NCBI GenBank assembly: GCA_003211655.1
Contig: QCSC01000001.1
Location: forward strand, 3,967 to 67,966
Origin: Prochlorococcus sp. AG-469-F22
Lineage (GTDB): Bacteria > Cyanobacteriota > Cyanobacteriia > PCC-6307 > Cyanobiaceae
Length of the DNA stretch: 64,000 bases
Direction: 5' to 3'
The translations under genes and the position numbers were made by a program. The notes below the pieces were generated by a model. That model was not told the DNA's origin. It ran no database searches and worked only from the letters and a program-made list of their open reading frames with translations. Of the stretch, positions 32,222 through 40,565 are shown one piece after another; within the stretch, counting starts at the first letter, position 1, and every line of letters starts with the position of its first letter.

Positions 32222-32467
32222 ATGAAACCAAAAGCATTTCATATTGAAGCGTTTACAATTACCCAGACAGCTAAAAAGTTAGGCTATAGAAGCACCAAAA
32301 CAATCTACAGACTGGTTAATAGATATGTTTTAGAGGATTATATTTTTTTAGAAAAATCAGGGAGAATTTATCTAATATTAGAACCACCAAATCTTCCAAC
32401 TCTTGCAGAAAAGATCAAAGCAAATATTCAATTTAGAAGAAATAATATTATCAAAAGGAGTTTATAA
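32222..32467 (+). CDS. HTH DNA-binding protein (excisionase/AlpA- or Nu1-like winged HTH)
   Basis: TITQTAKKLGYRSTKTIYRL HTH pattern. Confidence 0.7.
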   Translation: MKPKAFHIEAFTITQTAKKLGYRSTKTIYRLVNRYVLEDYIFLEKSGRIYLILEPPNLPTLAEKIKANIQFRRNNIIKRSL

Positions 32468-32593
32468 TGAAGTTAAATAAGATTAGATAAAATTAAAAGA
32501 ATTAATTAGCTAAAACATTATTTTTTTTATTAGTTTATTGTTTGATTTGATTTTTTTTGACAGTATTTAATTAAGTGTGTAATTTTTTAAACA

Positions 32594-33784
32594 GTGACAA
32601 CTGAATCAAGTCAAAATTCTGAATTTGCAAGAAAACATCCCAGCGAAGGAATGGATGCCTTAGATAAAGAATCAAAATTACCTTTAAAAGGATGGGAAAG
32701 CGAAGTTGCTCGAGCTAAGGAATATGGTTTAGAAGCCGCTAAAAGTATAGTCGATAGAAAAATATCTACATTTTCAAGAGGAGAGTTACCTCATTTTGCT
32801 GGGATTAATACATTTATGAAAGCCCCATATGTTGAAAATGTAAATGAAGTAGGAAATTATGATGTTGCGATAGTTGGGGTACCGCATGATTCTGGAACTA
32901 CATATAGACCAGGAACAAGATTTGGTCCTCAAGGTATAAGAAAAATTTCTGCTCTCTATACTCCCTATAATTACGAAATGGGCGTTGACCTAAGAGAGCA
33001 AATTTCTATATGCGACGTAGGAGATATTTTTACAATCCCAGCAAATAATGAAAAAAGTTTTGATCAAATTTCAAAGGGCATCGCTCATATTTTTGCGAGT
33101 GGTGCGTTCCCAATCATATTAGGAGGAGATCATTCGATAGGATTCCCCACTGTAAGAGGTGTTTGCCGCCATTTAGGGGATAAAAAAGTTGGAATTATTC
33201 ATTTTGATAGACATGTAGATACTCAAGAAACAGATTTGGATGAAAGAATGCATACCTGTCCATGGTTTCATGCAACTAACATGAAAAATGCACCAGCCAA
33301 AAATCTCGTTCAACTAGGAATTGGAGGGTGGCAAGTCCCAAGAGAAGGAGTAAAAATTTGCAGGGAACGAAGTACGAATGTTTTAACAGTTACTGATATT
33401 TGCGATATGGGTTTAAAAGAAGCAGCAGATTTTGCTATTGAAAAAGCCACAGATGGAACTGACTGTGTATATATTTCTTTTGATATTGATTGTATTGATG
33501 CTGGATTTGTACCAGGAACTGGTTGGCCTGAGCCTGGAGGTTTGTTACCTCGAGAAGCACTAAAACTTTTAGAATACATAATTAGAAATGTAAATGTATG
33601 CGGACTTGAGTTGGTAGAGGTTTCGCCTCCATACGATGTAAGCGATATGACAGCTTTACTAGCAACCAGGGTTATTTGTGATTCCATCGCACATCTAGTA
33701 GTAAGTGGTCAGCTTCCAAGGAAATCAAAGCCAGAATGGATTTTTGATAAATGTAATATGGCTGTTGATAAAAAATGGAGATAA
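32594..33784 (+). CDS. gdmH: Ni-dependent guanidine hydrolase (ureohydrolase family)
   Basis: Long N-terminal arm (TFSRGELPHFAGINTF), GGDHS, DRHVD, HTCPW, SFDIDCID, PGTGWPEPGG (Trp where agmatinases have Thr); adjacent HypA/HypB paralogs and ABC system. Confidence 0.88.
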   Translation: MTTESSQNSEFARKHPSEGMDALDKESKLPLKGWESEVARAKEYGLEAAKSIVDRKISTFSRGELPHFAGINTFMKAPYVENVNEVGNYDVAIVGVPHDSGTTYRPGTRFGPQGIRKISALYTPYNYEMGVDLREQISICDVGDIFTIPANNEKSFDQISKGIAHIFASGAFPIILGGDHSIGFPTVRGVCRHLGDKKVGIIHFDRHVDTQETDLDERMHTCPWFHATNMKNAPAKNLVQLGIGGWQVPREGVKICRERSTNVLTVTDICDMGLKEAADFAIEKATDGTDCVYISFDIDCIDAGFVPGTGWPEPGGLLPREALKLLEYIIRNVNVCGLELVEVSPPYDVSDMTALLATRVICDSIAHLVVSGQLPRKSKPEWIFDKCNMAVDKKWR

Positions 33785-33790
33785 ATAATT

Positions 33791-34147
33791 GTGCATGAAG
33801 TAGATATGACCAAATGCTTGATTCTCTCTATGGAAGAATGGGCAGAGAGAAAAAACAAAGAAAAAATAGTTGTTGAAAAAATTAATCTTAAGATTGGGGA
33901 ATTTACTTGTGTAGAGCCAATTTCGTTAATTAATACTTTTAATGCTGCTGTGTTTGGCTCATGGTTAGATTCTTCTGAGATTATTATTGAAACTATTCCT
34001 TTTGAGGGCAGATGCTCTAAATGTAAAAATTCATATTATCCAAAGAAAGATAATGGTTATAAATCTCCTTGTTGTAATTTAAATTTGGAAGAAATTATTA
34101 GAGGTAGAGAGTTGAAAATTTCATCTATTGATTTCAAAGAAAAGTAA
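33791..34147 (+). CDS. ghaA: HypA-family Ni chaperone (GhaA)
   Basis: MHE N-terminus, CSKC...SPCC, GREL. Confidence 0.88.
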   Translation: MHEVDMTKCLILSMEEWAERKNKEKIVVEKINLKIGEFTCVEPISLINTFNAAVFGSWLDSSEIIIETIPFEGRCSKCKNSYYPKKDNGYKSPCCNLNLEEIIRGRELKISSIDFKEK

Positions 34148-34189
34148 GAGTTTACTATCTAGAATAGATAAGTATTTTTATATATATAA

Positions 34190-34870
34190 ATGCATCTACC
34201 GCTTTCAGACAAAATTGAATTAAATATTCTTCATAAAAATAGCCACCAAGCTGAAATAAATAAAAAAAAGTTTAATGAGTGTAAGGTACTATGTCTAAAT
34301 ATAATGAGTAGTCCAGGTTCAGGTAAAACAAAATTACTTGAAAAAACTTTAGAAGATTTATCAAAAAAAATTAAGGTTGCCGTCTTGGAAGGTGATATGA
34401 CAACCACCTTAGATGCTGCGAGGTTAGAGAAATTAAATATTCCAGTTGTCCCAATTACAACTGGAAGAGCATGTCATCTAGATGCAAATATGGTTAAAGG
34501 TGGATTTAAAATTTTAGAATCAAAAATTAATCCTACTTTACTAGACATTTTATTAGTAGAAAATGTGGGTAATTTAGTTTGTCCAGCAGAATTTGAGATA
34601 GGGGAACATTTTAAAGTCGCACTTTTGAGTATTACTGAAGGGGAAGATAAACCTCTGAAGTATCCAGTTATGTTTCGAGAAGCAGATTTAGTTTTGATTA
34701 CTAAAGTAGATTTATTGCCACATCTAAATTTTGATATTGATGAATTAAAATCAAATATTTCTTTAACGAATCCTAAGGCAGAGGTGATAGAAATTTCTTC
34801 AATATCAATGACTGGATTTGATTTATGGAAAAATTGGATAAGTAAAAAGATTCAAGAATTTAAAAAGTAA
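34190..34870 (+). CDS. ghaB: HypB-family Ni chaperone GTPase (GhaB)
   Basis: SSPGSGKT, ACHLDA, ENVGNLVCPA, EGEDKPLKYP. Confidence 0.92.
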   Translation: MHLPLSDKIELNILHKNSHQAEINKKKFNECKVLCLNIMSSPGSGKTKLLEKTLEDLSKKIKVAVLEGDMTTTLDAARLEKLNIPVVPITTGRACHLDANMVKGGFKILESKINPTLLDILLVENVGNLVCPAEFEIGEHFKVALLSITEGEDKPLKYPVMFREADLVLITKVDLLPHLNFDIDELKSNISLTNPKAEVIEISSISMTGFDLWKNWISKKIQEFKK

Positions 34871-34903
34871 GGAAGAAATATAAATATTAGAAATTTTCTA
34901 AAA

Positions 34904-34917
34904 GTATCCATCATTAC
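34904..34917 (+). promoter_or_regulatory. Putative NtcA binding site
   Basis: GTA-TCCATCAT-TAC, 54 nt upstream of the SBP start. Confidence 0.55.
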
Positions 34918-34971
34918 AACTTTATATTTATTTTTTTTTAAGTATTGATATAACGTAATCCTTTTTTTTTA

Positions 34972-35970
34972 ATGTTCAAAAAGTTTAAAGCTTTTGCCTT
35001 TTCTTTGATTGCTTTAGTTCTTGCAATTTCATTGAGTACACTTTCAAGTCCAGCTGCTCCAAAAGGTGATCCTATTACTCTTGGATATAGTAACTGGGCA
35101 GGTTGGTGGCCATGGGCAATAGCTGTTGATCAAAAAATGTTTGAAAAAAATGGAGTTAATGTAGAGATGAAATGGTTCGATGGATATGTACAATCCATGG
35201 AAACTTTTGCTGCTGGTAAAATTGATGGAAATTCTCAAACCCTAAATGACACAATTTCTTTCCTACCTGGAGAGAATGGTGGAGAAGTAGTTGTACTAGT
35301 AAATGATAATTCTGCAGGTAACGATCAAATAATCGCAGATAAATCAATTAAAAGTGTTGCCGATTTAAAAGGAAAAACTGTGGCAGTTGAAGAAGGAGTT
35401 GTAGATGATTTTCTTTTGGTCCTAGCTTTGAATGATGTTGGGCTCACAAGAGATGATGTAATCATTAAGGGACTTCCAACTGATCAGGCTGCTACTGCAT
35501 TCGCAGCAGGTAAAGTAGATGCAGTTGGGGCTTTCCCTCCATTTACGGGCACCGCAATGAAGAGACCTGGAGCAAGAGTTATTGCAAGTTCAAAAGATTA
35601 TCCAGGAGCAATTCCAGATTTATTAGCTGTTAGTGGAGATTTAATCTCGGAAAGACCCGATGATGTTCAAAAAATAGTAAAAACTTGGTGGGATGTAAGA
35701 GCATTCATGGAAAAGAATCCAAGAAAGTCTGCAAAAATCATGGCTAAAAGAGCTGGAATTCCAACAAGAGAATATAAACAATACAAAGGTGGAACAAGGT
35801 TCTTTTCATTAGAAGAAAATTTAGAAGCTTTTAGTGGTGGATTTGGTATGAAACATATGCCTTATGCGGCGAAACAAATGGCAGACTTTATGGTTAAGGT
35901 GGGATTTATCCCTGAAAAACCTGATATGAGTAAATTATTCAATTCTTCTTTTGTAAAAAATATTAGTTAA
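34972..35970 (+). CDS. ABC transporter substrate-binding protein (SsuA/NMT1-like; probable guanidine binder)
   Basis: Signal peptide; GYSNWAGWWPW, QTLNDT, DNSAGND; gdmH context. Confidence 0.85.
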   Translation: MFKKFKAFAFSLIALVLAISLSTLSSPAAPKGDPITLGYSNWAGWWPWAIAVDQKMFEKNGVNVEMKWFDGYVQSMETFAAGKIDGNSQTLNDTISFLPGENGGEVVVLVNDNSAGNDQIIADKSIKSVADLKGKTVAVEEGVVDDFLLVLALNDVGLTRDDVIIKGLPTDQAATAFAAGKVDAVGAFPPFTGTAMKRPGARVIASSKDYPGAIPDLLAVSGDLISERPDDVQKIVKTWWDVRAFMEKNPRKSAKIMAKRAGIPTREYKQYKGGTRFFSLEENLEAFSGGFGMKHMPYAAKQMADFMVKVGFIPEKPDMSKLFNSSFVKNIS

Positions 35971-35984
35971 TAAAAAGAATTAGA

Positions 35985-36806
35985 ATGATTAGTTCAAAAT
36001 TAATCAAGAGGGATAAATCTTTTTTTTTATCCCTCTTTTCATTTGGTACTGAACCAAAAAAATTAAATAAAACATTCCTTCAAGTTGCATCACTTTTGCT
36101 GCCTCTTTTACTTTGGTCAGTAATTTGTCAACTAAAACTGGTAAGTGAATTGTTTTTGCCATCTCCCTTAGCAGTTTTTTATTCACTTTTAGATATGGCT
36201 GAAAGTGGGATCTTATTCGAAGATATATTTGCAAGTACTGGTAGGGTTTTTGCAGGTTTTATAATCGCTACAATTTTATCTGTTCCTTTAGGTATTGCGA
36301 TGGGGTCCTTCCCCTCTTTTTGTGCATTATGCGAACCTTTGATTGCAATGCTTAGATATATGCCTGCGGCTGCTTTTACTCCTTTACTGATTATTTATTT
36401 AGGAATTGAAGAAGCTCCAAAAATTGCGTTAATTTTTATTGGAACAGTTTATTTTAATGTTTTGATGGTTATGGATTCAGTAAAATTTGTTCCTAGGGAG
36501 CTTATAGAAACAACTCTTACTTTAGGTGGTAATACAAAAGATTTATTATTCAAAGTAATAGCAAGATATTCTTTACCAAGTATTATTGATACTCTAAGAA
36601 TCAATATTGCAACTTCATGGAACCTAGTAATCGTAGCAGAATTAATTGCGGCAGAAGTTGGTTTAGGAAAAAGGATTCAATTAGCTCAGAGGTTTTTTCG
36701 TACAGAACAAATATTTGCAGAATTAATAGTTCTCGGGATAATTGGATTCACTCTAGATATGAGCTTTAGATTTCTTTTAAGACGTACATGCAAATGGGCT
36801 GTTTAA
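35985..36806 (+). CDS. ABC transporter permease (SsuC/TauC-like)
   Basis: FLPSP, RYMPAAAF.PL, VAELIAA..GLG. Confidence 0.9.
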   Translation: MISSKLIKRDKSFFLSLFSFGTEPKKLNKTFLQVASLLLPLLLWSVICQLKLVSELFLPSPLAVFYSLLDMAESGILFEDIFASTGRVFAGFIIATILSVPLGIAMGSFPSFCALCEPLIAMLRYMPAAAFTPLLIIYLGIEEAPKIALIFIGTVYFNVLMVMDSVKFVPRELIETTLTLGGNTKDLLFKVIARYSLPSIIDTLRINIATSWNLVIVAELIAAEVGLGKRIQLAQRFFRTEQIFAELIVLGIIGFTLDMSFRFLLRRTCKWAV

Positions 36807-37568
36807 ATGAAACTGGATGTCAATAATATTTCAAAATACTTTGGGGAAGGCTCTAATAAAAAAAAGGCAATTGATGAAGTTAGTTTTTCAATAAGTTCTG
36901 GAGAGTTTAAAACTCTTGTAGGGAGTTCTGGATCAGGTAAAAGTACTATATTGAGGATTATTGCTGGACTAGAAAATCCATCAAAAGGAAACGTAAAAGT
37001 TGATGGAAAAGTTGTTCATGGTCCTGGCTTAGATCGAGGAATGGTTTTTCAGAAATATAGTCTTTTTCCATGGCTTACCGCAGAAGAGAATATTGCATTT
37101 GGAATGAACTTGAATTCTTATAAATTAAAAGAAATAAAATATCGAACATCTTATTTACTTGAAGTAGTGGGACTTCAAGATTCAGCTTCTAAGTATCCAA
37201 AAGAATTATCTGGAGGAATGCAACAAAGGGTTGCTATTGCTAGAGCTTTGGCGACAAATCCAAAAATCTTGCTTTTAGATGAACCTTTTGGAGCCTTGGA
37301 CTTGCAGATCAGAGAATCTATGCAGAGTTTTCTATATAAATTGTGGAAAAAAACTTCATTGACTGTTCTTCTTATTACACACGATATTGAAGAAGCATTA
37401 GCGCTATCTCAGCGAATATGTATTTTGGCTCCTAATCCTGGAAGAATAATAAAAGAAGTTAACGTTGATTTACAAAAAGATGATTTAAATAAATTGAGGC
37501 TGGATCCAAATTTCTCAAAGTTGAGATATGAGTTATCTGATTTTCTAAGAAGTATCCAAAAGAATTAA
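36807..37568 (+). CDS. ABC transporter ATP-binding protein (SsuB/TauB-like)
   Basis: GSSGSGKST, LSGGMQQR, LLLDEPFGALD, ITHD. Confidence 0.93.
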   Translation: MKLDVNNISKYFGEGSNKKKAIDEVSFSISSGEFKTLVGSSGSGKSTILRIIAGLENPSKGNVKVDGKVVHGPGLDRGMVFQKYSLFPWLTAEENIAFGMNLNSYKLKEIKYRTSYLLEVVGLQDSASKYPKELSGGMQQRVAIARALATNPKILLLDEPFGALDLQIRESMQSFLYKLWKKTSLTVLLITHDIEEALALSQRICILAPNPGRIIKEVNVDLQKDDLNKLRLDPNFSKLRYELSDFLRSIQKN

Positions 37569-38593
37569 TGTCTAATAAGAGTTTTTTGCCTACATGGCTT
37601 TATAACGATAAACAAATATTTAATTTTGAATTAGAGAAATATTCAAAAAACTTTTGGCATCCATTGATTTTTGTTGGAGAAATTAAAGCTGGAGAAATAT
37701 TAGAAAAAAAATTCTTAAAGCAATCATTATTTATTTCATGTTCACAAAATAATTCAATAAATGTTTTTAAAAATAGATGCCCGCATCGTGGCTCAGAACT
37801 ACTTTTGCTAAAAACAAAAGATAATCCCTCTAAAAGTATTTTCTGTCCCTATCATGGCTGGACTTTTGATGGCTTTGGTGAACTTAAAACACTGCCATTA
37901 AAGGACGATTTTGAGATCAAAGTAGAATTAGGTGATTATTTCTTAGAAAAAGTAAATTCTTTAGTAAATGGACCTTTTATTTGGATTAATTTCAGCAATC
38001 AACCAATATCTATAGATGATCAAATTGACCTTGTTGTCGGAAATTGTAACGATGAATGGAATATAAATTATGGTATATTTTCTGAATTTTCTAATACATT
38101 AAATTGTAATTGGAAAATAGCTCATGATAATACACTAGATGACTATCATGTCGCGGTCGCTCATAAGAATACATTACATAAAGAACAAGGTCCAATTAAA
38201 AACTATAAGTATTTTTTTAGTAAATTTTGTAATGTTCTTGTTACTCCAATGAATAGTAGAGAAAATTTATATACTTTTGGATTATTACCATGGACGCATA
38301 TTATAGTTTGGCCTGGTAGAGGTATTTTGTTAATAAGTTATCCTCCTCAAAGAATTGATCAATGTAGTTTGGAAATAAAATTAGCTTCGGCAACTCTATG
38401 TACAAAAGATTTAGAAGATTGGAAAATTAATATCTTAAATTTTCTTAGGGAAGATAAAGTTATTGTCGAATCAGTTCAAAAGTCTTATAGGGGGAAATTT
38501 AAACTTGGACCCCCTAATAGACTTGAACAGAGAATTATTCACTGGCAAGAAGTTTATAAGGAGTTTTTGCAGGCATATGGAATTTCTTTTTAA
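37568..38593 (+). CDS. Rieske non-heme iron oxygenase, alpha subunit
   Basis: CPHRG...CPYHGW Rieske ligands; NWK..DN.LDDYHV..AH and distal ED for mononuclear Fe; TAATG coupling to the ATPase. Confidence 0.88.
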   Translation: MSNKSFLPTWLYNDKQIFNFELEKYSKNFWHPLIFVGEIKAGEILEKKFLKQSLFISCSQNNSINVFKNRCPHRGSELLLLKTKDNPSKSIFCPYHGWTFDGFGELKTLPLKDDFEIKVELGDYFLEKVNSLVNGPFIWINFSNQPISIDDQIDLVVGNCNDEWNINYGIFSEFSNTLNCNWKIAHDNTLDDYHVAVAHKNTLHKEQGPIKNYKYFFSKFCNVLVTPMNSRENLYTFGLLPWTHIIVWPGRGILLISYPPQRIDQCSLEIKLASATLCTKDLEDWKINILNFLREDKVIVESVQKSYRGKFKLGPPNRLEQRIIHWQEVYKEFLQAYGISF

Positions 38594-38663
38594 AAAAGAA
38601 AATATTGCAAAGATACATATTGAAAATATAGGTAACCCAAAGATAATTGCTTCTACAAAAATT

Positions 38664-38697
38664 AGCTAATTGCCCCTTATTGTTGATCGACTGTCAA
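38664..38697 (+). repeat. Cargo-boundary repeat, copy A
   Basis: AGCTAATTGCCCCTTATTGTTGATCGACTGTCAA; 31/34 identical to copy C. Confidence 0.85.
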
Positions 38698-38751
38698 ATT
38701 AATCTGTTTAAAAATATCTACTGTTAATATGAATTAAATTTTTAAATTAAG

Positions 38752-39009
38752 TTGGTTTACTTTAAGAGAGAGTTTATTAAATCCCTTAAAATAAAAGGCT
38801 CTATATTTTTAATTGTGATAATTATTGGATTTATTTACTCAAGTCCAAAATCAAGGGTAATTATTGCAAATTCTTTTACTTCTTCAGCCAAATTTTTAAA
38901 TGAAACTGTCGAAACAAAAAATAAAGATAGTTGGTTTTCTGAACCAGATTTCGTTTTCAGTATTAGGTTAAGATTACGAGAATTTTTAAGAGGAACTCAA
39001 AGAGGTTGA
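38752..39009 (+). CDS. Small hypothetical membrane protein between repeats A and B
   Basis: One TM helix followed by YSSPKSR...A..L. Confidence 0.55.
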   Translation: MVYFKREFIKSLKIKGSIFLIVIIIGFIYSSPKSRVIIANSFTSSAKFLNETVETKNKDSWFSEPDFVFSIRLRLREFLRGTQRG

Positions 39010-39017
39010 AAAAGAAA

Positions 39018-39057
39018 TAATTGCCCTTTATTGTAGATGACTATCAATTACTAACTA
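39018..39057 (+). repeat. Cargo-boundary repeat, copy B
   Basis: TAATTGCCCTTTATTGTAGATGACTATCAATTACTAACTA; degenerate copy of A/C. Confidence 0.8.
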
Positions 39058-39180
39058 TTTGCGGTGCAAGTAGTAAGCGTTTCATTTAATTCCACCCATA
39101 ACAATATTCGAATCTATCTTTTTTGCATTGCAAAAATGCTTCATAGCGATTATCTGCTATACCTTGCCATACTTTGCTAA
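39044..39180 (-). pseudogene. Relic of two coupled small genes (3' end ...CKKDRFEYCYGWN* then MKRLLLAPQIVSN*)
   Basis: TAA-ATG junction like the one at 41760-41765; the leader runs into repeat B; the upstream part has no start. Confidence 0.5.
39061..39089 (+). repeat. 29-bp direct repeat, copy 1 (encodes MKRLLLAP on the minus strand)
   Basis: GCGGTGCAAGTAGTAAGCGTTTCATTTAA, identical to 41738-41766. Confidence 0.9.
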
Positions 39181-39310
39181 CTTAAAACGCTTAAAAAATT
39201 TAATCAATATCTCCAAAAAAAGATTTAGAGGGGATCGAAAACTTTAAAACGCTAACTTGAATTTTTATTTTTAGGTATTTTTACTAACATAAACTATAAA
39301 TTAGATGTAA

Positions 39311-40534
39311 ATGTCAATTAGGATTTTAAAAAGTTTTTTATTTCTAGCTTTATCCTCTCCTTTTATAGGGCAGGCAGAAACAAAGCAAGAAATCAAATAT
39401 CAATCCAATAGTTTTAATTCTTCAAATAGCGTTATTGCAAAGCAGGAATATGAAGTAGAAAAACCTTCATACATTATTGATAGAAATAAATGTAATGTTT
39501 TTGAAAACAAAAGATCTTCTACTTGTGTTGGACCAGAAAAGGCTTATCAACCTAAAGATGAATTAGATGAATACATAATTAAAGGAGCAACTTATTCGAC
39601 TAAGTTTGTTCCTTTAATGAATGATGGCGCAGAAGGTAGTGAATATACTAATTTAATGGCTAATGATGGTAAAAGATTATTGGTAGATGCTGGATTTGAT
39701 TTTGTAAATAGTACTGCTAATAGTGGAATTCAAAGTATTCCATTTTTTGCTCAAACATCTGTTCATATTTCTGGCGGCACAGAATCAGATACTAGTTTCT
39801 CAGTTAATAGCTTAATGAAGTTAGGAGAGCTAGCGGTTGATGATGAGGGTGATATAAAAACTCTCGCATTTTCTCAGGCAAGATTTGCTACTGCCACTAA
39901 TGCAGATGGTTCTACTACTAACTTAGGGTTAGGAATAAGACATCGTCCTGATGATGTATCAATGATTGGTGCTAACGCTTTCTGGGATTACAGAATGACA
40001 GACTATAGTGATGCTCATAGCAGACTTGGACTTGGAGGAGAATATCTTTGGAAAGATTTTGAATTTAGAAACAACTGGTATATGGCAATAACTGATGAAA
40101 AAGAAATCTTAATAAAAAATGTCAAATATACAGAAAAAGTTGTAGACGGATGGGATGCAGAAATTGGTTATAGGCTTCCAAGTTATCCAGAACTTGCTTT
40201 CTTCGTTAGAGGGTTCAACTGGGACTATAAATATACTCAAGATAATTCTGGATTAGAAGGATCTCTTAGTTGGCAAGCTACACCTCATGTTGGACTAGAA
40301 GCTTTTATTTCTAATGAAATTTCTACGGCCTCTACAAAAGTAAACACTGATTTGCCTGGAACTAATGAGACTTTCTTTGGATTAAGGATGAATTTAACAG
40401 GAAATCCAGTTAAATTTGCCAAAAATGATTACAAGAATAATATGATCACTCAAATGACTCAACCGGTAAAACGTAAATATGATGTTTTACTTGAAAGGAA
40501 AACTGGTTGGTCCGTTAATTTCGGTGGAAATTAA
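39311..40534 (+). CDS. Inverse autotransporter (intimin/invasin) beta-barrel domain protein without passenger
   Basis: NLGLGIR, GANAFWDY, HSRLGLGGEY, GWDAEIGYRLPSYPEL, V.RKYDVLLE; ends ~11 aa later. Confidence 0.85.
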   Translation: MSIRILKSFLFLALSSPFIGQAETKQEIKYQSNSFNSSNSVIAKQEYEVEKPSYIIDRNKCNVFENKRSSTCVGPEKAYQPKDELDEYIIKGATYSTKFVPLMNDGAEGSEYTNLMANDGKRLLVDAGFDFVNSTANSGIQSIPFFAQTSVHISGGTESDTSFSVNSLMKLGELAVDDEGDIKTLAFSQARFATATNADGSTTNLGLGIRHRPDDVSMIGANAFWDYRMTDYSDAHSRLGLGGEYLWKDFEFRNNWYMAITDEKEILIKNVKYTEKVVDGWDAEIGYRLPSYPELAFFVRGFNWDYKYTQDNSGLEGSLSWQATPHVGLEAFISNEISTASTKVNTDLPGTNETFFGLRMNLTGNPVKFAKNDYKNNMITQMTQPVKRKYDVLLERKTGWSVNFGGN

Positions 40535-40565
40535 TCTAAGTATTCTTTAAAGCACTCCAATAAAA

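Noticed and set aside
32594-33784. Agmatinase speB
   Set aside because: HTCPW/PGTGWP instead of HGTPF/PGTGTP, an extended N-terminus and linked Ni chaperones fit GdmH better
33791-34870. Hydrogenase maturation cluster (hypA/hypB)
   Set aside because: No hydrogenase or hypCDEF genes; context indicates Ni delivery to the ureohydrolase
38463-38669. 68-aa ORF overlapping the Rieske 3' end
   Set aside because: Out-of-frame overlap of ~130 nt with no recognisable motif; likely spurious
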